Positions 34,958 to 45,878 of a stretch of DNA of 64,000 nucleotides are shown here, in pieces. The stretch comes from Macrostomum lignano. Lineage: Eukaryota. Within the stretch, counting starts at the first letter, position 1. Each line of letters begins with the position of its first letter. Where the stretch lies: the NCBI GenBank assembly GCA_002269645.1, contig NIVC01000032.1:1178001-1242000 (forward strand), read 5' to 3'. The notes under the pieces were generated by a model. It saw only the letters and a list, made by a program, of their open reading frames with translations. It ran no database searches and was not told where the DNA came from. Position numbers and translations under genes: made by a program.

Positions 34958-37900
34958 CATAGGCGTAGGAACGGGGGGTGGGAGGCAGTGGGGCCATGCC
35001 CCCGGCCACTTTTTAAAATGGGGGGGGGGGCAGTAATGGTATCTGGCCCCTCCACATTTTAAATGTAAAATGTAGACTTCTTGCTTATTTTTGGTTTTTG
35101 CTGCTTTGCATGAATTCATTTTGCTGCAGGGCGGCAAAACATAGCGCCTGCAGCGCCAAAATGAGAGCCTGCGGCGCTAAAATGCGGGCCTGCGGCGCTA
35201 AAATGAGTGCCTGTGTCGCTAAAATGAGTGCCTGCGTCGCTAAAATGAGTGCCTGTGTCGCTAAAATGAGTGCCTGCGTCGCTAAAATGAGCGCCTGTGT
35301 CGCTAAAATGAGTGCCTGCGTCGCTAAAATGAGTGCCTGTGTCGCTAAAATGAGTGCCTGCGGCGCTAAAATGAGTGCCTGTGTCGCTAAAATGAGTGCC
35401 TGCGGCGCTAAAATGAGTGCCTGTGTTGCTAAAATGAGTGCCTGCGGCGCTAAAATAAGTGCCTGTGTCGCTAAAATGAGTGCCTTTGTCGCTAAATTGA
35501 GTGCCTGTGTCGCTAAAATGAGTGCCTGTGTTGCTAAAATGAGTGCCTGTGTCGCCAAAATGAGTGCATGCGGCGCTAAAATGAGTGCCTGGGGCGCTAA
35601 AATGAGTGCCTGCGGCGCTAAAATGAGTGCCTGCGGCGCTAAAATGAGTGCCTGCGGCGCTAAAATGAGTGCCTGGGGCGCTAAAATGAGTGCATGCGGC
35701 GCTAAAATGTGTGCCTGTGTCGCTAAAATGAGTGCCTGCGTCGCTAAAATGAGCGCCTGTGTCGCTAAAATGAGTGCCTGCGTCGCTAAAATGAGTGCCT
35801 GTGTCGCTAAAATGAGTGCCTGCGGCGCTAAAATGAGTGCCTGTGTGGCTAAAATGAGTGCCTGCGGCGCTAAAATGAGTGCCTGTGTTGCTAAAATGAG
35901 TGCCTGCGGCGCTAAAATAAGTGCCTGTGTCGCTAAAATGAGTGCCTGCGGCGCTAAAATGAGTGCCTGCGGCGCTAAAATGAGTGCCTGCGGCGCTAAA
36001 ATGAGTGCCTGTGTCGCTAAAATGAGTGCCTTTGTCGCTAAATTGAGTGCCTGTGTCGCTAAAATGAGTGCCTGTGTCGCTAAAATGAGTGCCTGTATCG
36101 CTAAAATGAGTGCCTGGGGCGCTAAAATGAGTGCATGCGGCGCTAAAATGAGTGCTTGCGTCGCTAAAATGAGCGCCTGTGTCGCTAAAATGAGTGCCTG
36201 CGTCGCTAAAATGAGTGCCTGTGTCGCTAAAATGAGTGCCTGCGGCGCTAAAATGAGTGCCTGCGTCGCTAAAATGAGTGCCTGTGTCGCTAAAATGAGT
36301 GCCTGCGGCGCTAAAATGAGTGCCTGTGTCGCTAAAATGAGTGCCTTTGTCGCTAAATTGAGTGCCTGTGTCGCTAAAATGAGTGCCTGCGGCGCTAAAA
36401 TGAGTGCCTGTGTCGCTAAAATGAGTGCCTGCGGCGCTAAAATGAGTGCCTGCGGCGCTAAAATGAGTGCCTGTGTCGCTAAAATGAGTGCCTGTGTCGC
36501 TAAAATGAGTGCCTGTGTCGCTAAAATGAGTGCATGCGGCGCTAAAATGAGCGCCTGTGTCGCTAAAATGAGTGCCTGTGTCGCCAAAATGAGTGCATGC
36601 GGCGCTAAAATGAGTGCCTGGGGCGCTAAAATGAGTGCATGCGGCGCTAAAATGAGTGCCTGCGGCGCTAAAATGAGTGCCTGCGTCGCTAAAATGAGCG
36701 CCTGTGTCGCTAAAATGAGTGCCTGCGTCGCTAAAATGAGTGCCTGTGTCGCTAAAATGAGTGCCTGCGGCGCTAAAATGAGTGCCTGTGTCGCTAAAAT
36801 GAGTGCCTTTGTCGCTAAATTGAGTGCCTGTGTCGCTAAAATGAGTGCCTGCGGCGCTAAAATGAGTGCCTGTGTCGCTAAAATGAGTGCCTGCGGCGCT
36901 AAAATGAGTGCCTGCGGCGCTAAAATGAGTGCCTGTGTCGCTAAAATGAGTGCCTTTGTCGCTAAATTGAGTGCCTGTGTCGCTAAAATGAGTGCCTGCG
37001 GCGCTAAACTGAGTGCCTGTGTCGCTAAAATGAGTGCCTGTGTCGCTAAAATGAGTGCCTGTGTCGCCAAAATGAGTGCATGCGGCGCTAAAATGAGCGC
37101 CTGTGTCGCTAAAATGAGTGCCAGTGTCGCCAAAATGAGTGCATGCGGCGCTAAAATGTGTGCCTGTGTCGCTAAAATGAGTGCCTGTGTCGCTAAAATG
37201 AGTGCCTGTGTCGCCAAAATGAGTGCATGCGGCGCTAAAATGAGCGCCTGTGTCGCTAAAATGAGTGCCTGTGTCGCCAAAATGAGTGCATGCGGCGCTA
37301 AAATGAGTGCCTGGGGCGCTAAAATGAGTGCATGCGGCGCTAAAATGAGTGCCTGCGGCGCTAAAATGAGTGCCTGCGTCGCTAAAATGAGCGCCTGTGT
37401 CGCTAAAATGAGTGCCTGCGTCGCTAAAATGAGTGCCTGTGTCGCTAAAATGAGTGCCTGCGGCGCTAAAATGAGTGCCTGTGTCGCTAAAATGAGTGCC
37501 TTTGTCGCTAAATTGAGTGCCTGTGTCGCTAAAATGAGCGCCTGTGTCGCTAAAATGAGTGCCTGTGTCGCCAAAATGAGTGCATGCGGCGCTAAAATGT
37601 GTGCCTGTGTCGCTAAAATGAGTGCCTGTGTCGCTAAAATGAGTGCCTGTGTCGCCAAAATGAGTGCATGCGGCGCTAAAATGAGCGCCTGTGTCGCTAA
37701 AATGAGTGCCTGTGTCGCCAAAATGAGTGCATGCGGCGCTAAAATGAGTGCCTGGGGCGCTAAAATGAGTGCATGCGGCGCTAAAATGTGCCTGCGGCGC
37801 TAAAATGAGTGCCTGCGTCGCTAAAATGAGCGCCTGTGTCGCTAAAATGAGTGCCTGCGTCGCTAAAATGAGTGCCTGTGTCGCTAAAATGAGTGCCTGC

Positions 37901-39176
37901 GGCGCTAAAATGAGTGCCTGTGTCGCTAAAATGAGTGCCTGTGTCGCCAAAATGAGTGCATGCGGCGCTAAAATGAGTGCCTGGGGCGCTAAAATGAGTG
38001 CATGCGGCGCTAAAATGAGTGCCTGCGGCGCTAAAATGAGTGCCTGCGTCGCTAAAATGAGCGCCTGTGTCGCTAAAATGAGTGCCTGCGTCGCTAAAAT
38101 GAGTGCCTGTGTCGCTAAAATGAGTGCCTGCGGCGCTAAAATGAGTGCCTGTGTCGCTAAAATGAGTGCCTTTGTCGCTAAATTGAGTGCCTGTGTCGCT
38201 AAAATGAGCGCCTGTGTCGCTAAAATGAGTGCCTGTGTCGCCAAAATGAGTGCATGCGGCGCTAAAATGTGTGCCTGTGTCGCTAAAATGAGTGCCTGTG
38301 TCGCTAAAATGAGTGCCTGTGTCGCCAAAATGAGTGCATGCGGCGCTAAAATGAGCGCCTGTGTCGCTAAAATGAGTGCCTGTGTCGCCAAAATGAGTGC
38401 ATGCGGCGCTAAAATGAGTGCCTGGGGCGCTAAAATGAGTGCATGCGGCGCTAAAATGAGTGCCTGCGGCGCTAAAATGAGTGCCTGCGTCGCTAAAATG
38501 AGCGCCTGTGTCGCTAAAATGAGTGCCTGCGTCGCTAAAATGAGTGCCTGTGTCGCTAAAATGAGTGCCTGCGGCGCTAAAATGAGTGCCTGTGTCGCTA
38601 AAATGAGTGCCTTTGTCGCTAAATTGAGTGCCTGTGTCGCTAAAATGAGTGCCTGCGGCGCTAAAATGAGTGCCTGTGTCGCTAAAATGAGTGCCTGCGG
38701 CGCTAAAATGAGTGCCTGCGGCGCTAAAATGAGTGCCTGTGTCGCTAAAATGAGTGCCTTTGTCGCTAAATTGAGTGCCTGTGTCGCTAAAATGAGTGCC
38801 TGCGGCGCTAAAATGAGTGCCTGTGTCGCTAAAATGAGTGCCTGTGTCGCTAAAATGAGTGCCTGTGTCGCCAAAATGAGTGCATGCGGCGCTAAAATGA
38901 GCGCCTGTGTCGCTAAAATGAGTGCCTGTGTCGCCAAAATGAGTGCATGCGGCGCTAAAATGTGTGCCTGTGTCGCTAAAATGAGTGCCTGTGGTGCTTT
39001 ATAAAATGAGTGCAGACAAGATGGATTCTGAAAATAATCGGTACATGATAATGTGCATTTTCCATATAAAAAATCTAACTCGACGGGGGCGTGCGCCCTG
39101 TGCGCCCCCCCCCCCCCCCTAAATCCGTCACTGAACCTGCCCCCTCCCCACTTTTTAAAATGTTCCTACGCATATG
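34958..39176. mobile_element. Composite hAT-type MITE containing a 3.9-kb satellite and an end of the 3435-family MITE
   Basis: TIRs CATAGGCGTAGGAAC / GTTCCTACGCATATG; exact 8-bp TSD AAGGAATT at 34950-34957 and 39177-39184. Segment 39040-39133 is the reverse complement of 3435-3530. Confidence 0.85.
35150..39010. repeat. 21-bp satellite (GCTAAAATGAGTGCCTGTGTC), about 180 copies
   Basis: Direct tandem array with recurring variant units (CTTTGTCGCTAAATTG, CCTGGGGC, GCATGC). Confidence 0.97.
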
Positions 39177-39470
39177 AAGGAATTCTATATCAATCTTTTT
39201 AAGCTCGATGAAAAATTATTGAGTAAAAATTGAAAAATCCGACAGCAATAAAAATACAATTATGATCTACTATGAGCATGTATCTCGTTTTTTTATATTT
39301 TCTTCATAGATGAGCAGCAATGAGAACAGTTTGATGAAAACTATTATTAGTAAACACTGTATGATTTTATGTAATCAGACTCAACTATCAGACGTGCTAT
39401 TTACTACAGATCAAATGAAGTTAAAAACCCACGAAACTACACGAAGTTCCCCAGATCCATAAAGTTTCAC

Positions 39471-39962
39471 TTATTCCTTCTTCTCCTCCTGAGCAGCCAA
39501 CAAAGCGGACTTGATACCAATCTTCTTCAACTCCTCAATCAATTCGCCATTTTGATGCATTTTAATCAGCACATCACAGCCGCCGATGAACTCGCCATTA
39601 AAGTACACCTGAGGAATAGTTGGCCAATCGCTAAACGTTTTAATATCCTGCCTCAGCTGCTCATTGTCGAGAACGTTGTGCGCGGAATACACGTCCGGTT
39701 TTAAGCCGTGAAATTCGAGAATTTTGATAACGGCATTGGAGAAACCGCAACGTGGCTCCTCCGGTACGCCTTTCATAAAGACGACAACCTTGTTGGCTTT
39801 GACCATTTCGGCTATTTTATCGTGCATTGAACCGGTGGTGCTGGAAGTCGATAGCGATGACGTAAGCAGTGAAGACAGGGTTGGCGATAGCTTACATTGA
39901 CGCAGCGAAGCTGTCGTATTGAATAGGCAGCGTAAATTAAACATGCTGATTGCAAAGTTCAT
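39471..39962 (-). CDS. GLRX5: Mitochondrial monothiol glutaredoxin 5, intronless
   Basis: [47 protein letters not shown]; Ser/Arg-rich N-terminal presequence. Confidence 0.96.
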   Translation of the reverse strand: MNFAISMFNLRCLFNTTASLRQCKLSPTLSSLLTSSLSTSSTTGSMHDKIAEMVKANKVVVFMKGVPEEPRCGFSNAVIKILEFHGLKPDVYSAHNVLDNEQLRQDIKTFSDWPTIPQVYFNGEFIGGCDVLIKMHQNGELIEELKKIGIKSALLAAQEEKKE

Positions 39963-40429
39963 GCATGAGTGTGTACGAGCATCTCAAGTGACTTAAGTAG
40001 ACAAAGTGCAATAAGTTGACAAAGTGTAACAGTGTGCCCTCAGTCAGATTGAAAACTAGAAGTCATGCGCAAACGTGTTTTTGGACAAAGATCAGTTAAT
40101 CTAAGCCAAAACAAAATTAGGCGAGCCCTAAAAATTCGGTTGCGAGCATCTAAACCAAGAAGTCAGAATGATTGCGAAAGCCGGAAAGTCCCAGAAGAGA
40201 TCGCCAACACAGGCGACCGTCAAATTCTGCGAAATATTGACTATCGAATAGGCATTCTGACAATTGTTGCGTTGACGCAAAATCGCTTCCGCGTTTTCAA
40301 GGCTCCACTATTTCTGCGTCAGACTTTGCGCTTCATCATCATTCTGAGGACTAATTATTATTCTGAGTTTGTTTGAGCACTGACCTCGCTACCTGGCAAG
40401 AGTACAACTTGGCTATTTTCCAGGGTTTC

Positions 40430-41600
40430 GTGGTGATTCTACCAGGTGAAGTGGTGATTCTACCAGGTGAAGTGGTGATTCGACCAGGTGAAGTGGTGAT
40501 TCTACCAGGTGAAGTGGTGATTCTACCAGGTGAAGTGGTGATTCTACCAGGTGAAGTGGTGATTCTACTAGGTGAAGTGGTGATTCGACCAGGTGAAGTT
40601 GTGGTGATTCTACCAGCTGAAGTGGTGATTATACGAGGTGAAGTGGTGATTCGACCAGGTGAAGTGGTGATTCTTTCAGATGAAGTGGTGATTCTACCAG
40701 GTGAAGTTGTGGTGATTCTACCAGCTGAAGTGGTGATTATACGAGGTGAAGTGGTGATTCTACCAGCTGAAGTGGTGATTCTACCAGCTGAAGTGGTGAT
40801 TCTAACAGCTGAAGTGGTGATTCTACCAGATGAAGTGGTGATTATACGAGGTAAAGTGGTGATTCTTTCAGGTAAATTGGTGAATCTACCAGATAAAGTG
40901 GTGATCCTACCGGGTAAAGTGGTGATCCTACCGGGTAAAGTGGTGATCCTACCGGGTAAAGTGGTGATCCTACCAGGTAAAGTGGTGATCCTACCGGGTA
41001 AAGTGGTGATCCTACCGGGTAAAGTGGTGATCCTACCGGGTAAAGTGGTGATCCTAGCAGGTAAAGTGGTGATCCTACCGGGTAAAGTGGTGATCCTACC
41101 AGGTAAAGTGGTGATCCTACCAGGTAAAGTGGTGATCCTACCAGGTAAAGTGGTGATCCTAGCAGGTAAAGTAGTGATCCTACCAGGTAAAGTGGTGATC
41201 CTACCGGGTAAATTGGTGATCCTACCGGGTAAAGTGGTGATCCTACCGGGTAAAGTGGTGATCCTAGCAGGTAAAGTGGTGATCCTACCGGGTAAAGTGG
41301 TGATCCTACCAGGTAAAGTGGTGATCCTACCGGGTAAAGTGGTGATCCTACCAGGTAAAGTGGTGATCCTACCGGGTAAAGTGGTGATCCTAGCAGGTAA
41401 AGTGGTGATCCTAGCAGGTAAAGTGGTGATCCTACCAGGTAAAGTGGTGATCCTGCCAGGTAAAGTGGTGATCCTACCGGGTAAAGTGGTGATCCTACCG
41501 GGTAAAGTGGTGATCCTACCAGGTAAAGTGGTGATCCTACCAGGTAAAGTGGTGATCCTACCAGGTAAAGTGGTGATCCTACCAGGTAAAGTGGTGATTT
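40430..41600. repeat. 21-bp minisatellite (GGTAAAGTGGTGATCCTACCG / GGTGAAGTGGTGATTCTACCA)
   Basis: Two sub-arrays: a GAA variant on the left and an AAA variant on the right. Confidence 0.95.
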
Positions 41601-42124
41601 CTCAGGAAAAAGGCCATTATTCAGGGTCAATTAATAGGATTTATTAACTTTCCTGGGTAAAGGGTCGAATCTTTAGGATGAAGGGGTGATTCTTCCTAAA
41701 GGAGTTAATAAGGGAATTTTTTTAGGGGCAGGTCGTTTTTAGTAGGTGTCGACATCCACGTATGCTAGTTAGCTAATTTAATTGTAAAAAGAGTCAATTA
41801 AAAAAATCTGGGTTAAATCAAATCAGCATCGTGCAGAAGAAATGCAGTTAAACACCATATAGTACAACTGAGAACATGTACTTTTAAAATACAACATACA
41901 TGAATACTGTATTACCTACGCGCATATTAAAACTTAATTAAGCCAGAATTTAAAAGTGTAGCAATCAGCATAGGAACGAAGATTGACTCTTATTATTACA
42001 CCATTGTATCGTGTAGACGAATAACATTTCGTCACTATGGCAACAAAAGTACACACTTACAATGGGATTAACACGGTTACTGTATAATAAAGCAACAAGT
42101 TCCAAGCAAACAGACGCGCAACAA

Positions 42125-43472
42125 TCAGGGCTCGCTAGTGCGAAATGTGTCGGACAAGATGACGAAGGTACCGTCGGACTGGCGTGACAGGACGAACGCT
42201 TGAGAAAATAATTTATGCCGGCGATCTTCGCAGCGTAGAAATTTTACCTGACCGTGGCAGGTAGCAAGCAGCGAGTTCGGCGGAAATATGTCGCCGTCAA
42301 GGAGTTGAGCGCTAACGCTGTAGGGCTGCGCTACGCAATTGGGTAGTTGAGCATAGAACTGCCCGATCTCCTGCGGGTTAGAATTCAGTGGGCAGGCCTA
42401 ATCTAGCTCAGCCAATGAGAGAGCAGTATAAGGAGAGGGTGAAAGTCAGACGGACGAAACTCAGCCTAGGGGGCAGGTCCAATCTAGCTCAGCCAATGAG
42501 AGAGCAGTAAGGAGAGGGTGAAAGTCAGACGGACGAAACTCAGCCTAGGGGGCAGGTCCAATCTAGCTCAGCCAATGGGAGAGCAGTAAGGAGAGAGGTT
42601 AAAGTCAGATCCAAGCGGACAAGAAGAAAGCCACTGTTTATCGGCTTGGCTGATGGGGGGGGGGCTTTTCTCTTACACGTTATGCTCTCGCACTGGATTT
42701 GGCTCTTTGAAGTCTTCCTGTAATCTTCTAATTTTCTTTTCTTGAATAATTTCGAGCCTGAGACAGGGTGGAGTCAGTAAAACTGGATCAACGCGCTAAT
42801 TTAATGGGGCAAAATGCTAATTTGTATAGTACGAAACAGATAAATACTGCTACCCTTCAGGATAATGTCCCTGGAATATGATAGCACACAACATAAAACA
42901 TCGCCTTGAATCATTTATGACGCCAGACTCTTAAATCTTTTAAAATTGCAATCCTACGAAACTTTCACAAGACTGTACAAACCTTCAAGACTGTACCTTC
43001 CTAAAACTGTACAAACCTTTGAAAGACGTTACAACCCTTCACAAGACTGCACAGACCTTCCCAAGACTGCACAGACCTTCCCAAGACTGCACAAACCTTC
43101 CCAATACTTTACAACCCTTCAAAAGACTGCACAAACCTTCCCAAGACTGCACAACCCTTTACAAGACTGTACAAACGTTCCCAACACTTTACAAACCTTC
43201 ACAAAACTGTACAACTCTTCACATGATCGTAAAAACCTTAAAACTACAACATTTCAAAAAATTAAACAACAAAAAATAAAATGAAAATAAAATTATCAAA
43301 CCTGTTTCCCTGAATGCCTGTGACCATTCCAAGCTAGCACAGCCTGATCGGCATATAGTGGAGTCAAATTCTGTCTAGTGTCGCTCATTCTTTTGTAGTA
43401 CATTGTGCAGAAACGAACTGCAGCTGCATCGCATCGAGCCTGATCTAAAGGCTTATTGTTGTCAGATGACAT
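42125..43472 (-). CDS. NXT1: NTF2-related export protein (NXT1/p15), 2 exons, 138 aa; absent from the ORF track
   Basis: Exon 1 43472-43302 MSSDNNKPLDQARCDAAAVRFCTMYYKRMSDTRQNLTPLYADQAVLAWNGHRHSGKQ|gtttga. Exon 2 42370-42125 ttctaacccgcag|EIGQFYAQLP...ATCHGQVKF...LFSQAFVL...FVILSDTFRTSEP*. Phase-0 join; the length matches the NXT family. Confidence 0.9.
42390..42610. repeat. About 80-bp tandem repeat (about 2.7 copies) with CCAAT boxes in the NXT1 intron
   Basis: ATCTAGCTCAGCCAAT starts at 42401, 42482 and 42561. Confidence 0.85.
42955..43215. repeat. Degenerate 20-bp minisatellite in the NXT1 intron
   Basis: CCAAGACTGCACAGACCTTC-like units. Confidence 0.8.
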
Positions 43473-44884
43473 GACTCACTGATGATGGTATTGGTGACAA
43501 ATTAATTAATTCACAAATAAAAATGATTGTAGCTAATTAGCTAAAGATGCATGCAATGAGATTAATATTTCCAAATTACATCCAGCACTAATAAACAGCA
43601 AAAACAAAAAAGCTGTATTTCAAAATATGGTAGAGTTCTCCAAAAAAACAAAATTTTCTGTATCCATATCTCAAACTTTTCCTATAGCCTATCATGATGA
43701 ATATTTGTAAAAACCATATCTAATCTCATAGCTTAAGCTAAGCTAGCCAGTCAGCTTGGTTAAACACTTATTTCCTAGATGGCTAGTAACTCAAATGTAG
43801 GACTTATATATGAAAAATTTCCTATGCAACAAATAGGCTATTTTAATGTTCTGCTATGTATTAGAGGGGGTAGATGACGCACTGAATTCAATGCAAATAA
43901 AACCTCAGGAATGCAATTAAATTTTAATGATTATATGCTGAAGAGGCTGGGTAACCATTATTTGCTCCTTTTATTTGAGCTGTACTTTCTGGGATAGTGG
44001 ACAAGTTAGCTACATTGGTATCTTAACAGTAGAAGGGCCAATAAACCATGTGACAATTTACCTTATAAAAATTTATAGAGTGCAGTTTAACTAAAAAGTG
44101 ATAGACTATAGTTTCACCTAGATAATTTTAATAGACTTCAGTCACAATGTTCTACTTTCCTGTCTTAATTTCTAGGGCTTAATTTTTATAGATTTTTTTC
44201 TAAATATGATTGCAATTTCTAACAACTTCAACTTCTAAATAGAAATTGGACTCATAATCATATAAATATATATATATGCTATATATGCTAGGCTTGGCCT
44301 AGATATTAGCTATAATCCAAATCATGGCAAGCATATGCCAGAAAAAAATTCTAGTTTTATTTTACAATTCATTCTTGTCTAATTTTCTTAATATTGAGAT
44401 TCAATATTAAGCCTAACTTGCATCTACTAGGCCTATTTATACTCTACTATCTATCAATATCATATATGCCCAACCTCAAAATTTCACCTATCCAGTGCAA
44501 CTTAGTTTTGTCCAGATTTGCGACTTAGTTCCTCCCAAATGCGACTTAGTTCTTCCCAAATGCGACTTAGTTTCTCTTAATTGCAACTTAGTTCTCCTGA
44601 TTGCAACTTAATTTTCATTTTGTATATGACTTTCTTGCCTTTTTTTCTTTCCTCTTTCCCCTTCTCTCTCTTCTCCCTTCTTTCTTTTCCTTTTCTCTTT
44701 CCTTTCTTTCCCCAAGTTTTTGTTTTTTGCCTTTTTAATTTTGCAACTTACCTTGGCCAGCAGCCATTTCACTTGTCTAGTTTGGATAGGTCGGACAGGT
44801 GTTGGGCATGATTGATCAATATTAATATTGACATTACTTGTTAAATATACAATGATAATAGAAAGAAAAACATTGATTATTTTA

Positions 44885-45878
44885 CGAGGGGTGTCCAAAA
44901 AGTAGTGATACTTTTAACCGTAGCTCTCGTTCTGTAGCTTCCTGTGATTTAAAATTTTATGAACTGATAGCGGAAAATCTCTTCTACAGACTGCTTTTTG
45001 AATTTTTAAAATTGATACCAGAGAACAAAAGTTATACCCACAAAAGTAACAGTACCTGTACCATAGAGTTACACAAATTATAGGCTGAGCTTCACGAGAT
45101 CCATGCCGAATAAGCTTCGATGAATTGTTGATTTCGGCTTGTCCAACCTGTCAGCGATCTCTCTAATGGTCATTTGGGAGTCCTCATCAAGAAGATTCAG
45201 AATGGAGTCCGCCAGTACATCAGGTCGATGAATGTATGGCCGCCCCATCCAATGCTGATCTGCCAAGTCAATCCTTCCCTCGCTGAACTGCTCCATCCAT
45301 CGATAAACTGTCATTTTGCTGACCGCAGAGGATCTGTGCGCAGAGCAAAGTTTTGCGTGAATTTCTGAGGCACCATGGCCAGCGCCCCAAAGAGTGAAGA
45401 TAGTACTTTTCTGAGCAACAACTGAGTGCACATTCATGTGTGTTGTCGAGTATGGGCAATGAAATCATGAACGAATCGCAAAATGCAAGCAATCCTCTGT
45501 TTGCAAGTAAAGTAATGCATTTAATGCTTTATTTTTCTGCGCCTGATCCCGTCCATAGATAAATTTCAGTCAGTCACAGTGAGCATCATTTTGCAATTGG
45601 GGTTTGGTATTGCTTAAACAAGACATTTATCGATGCCTTCTTAATGAATGAGTGCAGAAGTCAACTATTATAAATTTCGATATAATTTGTGTAACTCTAT
45701 GGTACAGGTACTGTTACTTTTGTGGGTATAACTTTTGTTCTCTGGTATCAATTTTTAAAATTCAAAAAGCAGTCTGTAGAAGAGATTTTCCGCTATCAGT
45801 TCATAAAATTTTAAATCACAGGAAGCTACAGAACGAGAGCTACGGTTAAAAGTATCACTACTTTTTGGACACCCCTCG
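44885..45878 (-). mobile_element. Internally deleted mariner element with about 198-bp near-perfect TIRs
   Basis: TA|CGAGGGGTGTCC...GGACACCCCTCG|TA; TIRs 44885-45082 and 45681-45878. The internal ORF 45437-45078 encodes only mariner N-terminal HTHs (ASEIHAKL...VSKMTVYRWMEQFSEGRIDL.D....GRP...TIREIADRL). Confidence 0.92.

Noticed and set aside
35085-39004. 878-1273-aa ORFs on both strands (ATQALIL / AKMSACV repeats)
   Set aside because: They are translations of a 21-bp satellite lying inside a TSD-bounded MITE.
30883-39962. Bacterial isc-like Fe-S operon (NifS + Grx5) from horizontal transfer
   Set aside because: The genes have spliceosomal introns or eukaryotic presequences, and the NifS-like protein has SCLY signatures.
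40040-40376. Coding-looking segment between NXT1 and GLRX5, including a minus-strand frame with an in-frame TGA (MMMKRKV*RRNSG...)
   Set aside because: No recognisable family in any frame and no SECIS could be identified; there is no support for selenocysteine.
40373-41647. 424-aa GKVVILP-repeat ORF
   Set aside because: It is a 21-bp minisatellite with no splice or start context and lies antisense to the surrounding gene run.
42010-42677. Possible solo LTR (TGTAG...TTACA with CCAAT/TATA)
   Set aside because: No TSD was found, and the interval contains NXT1 exon 2.
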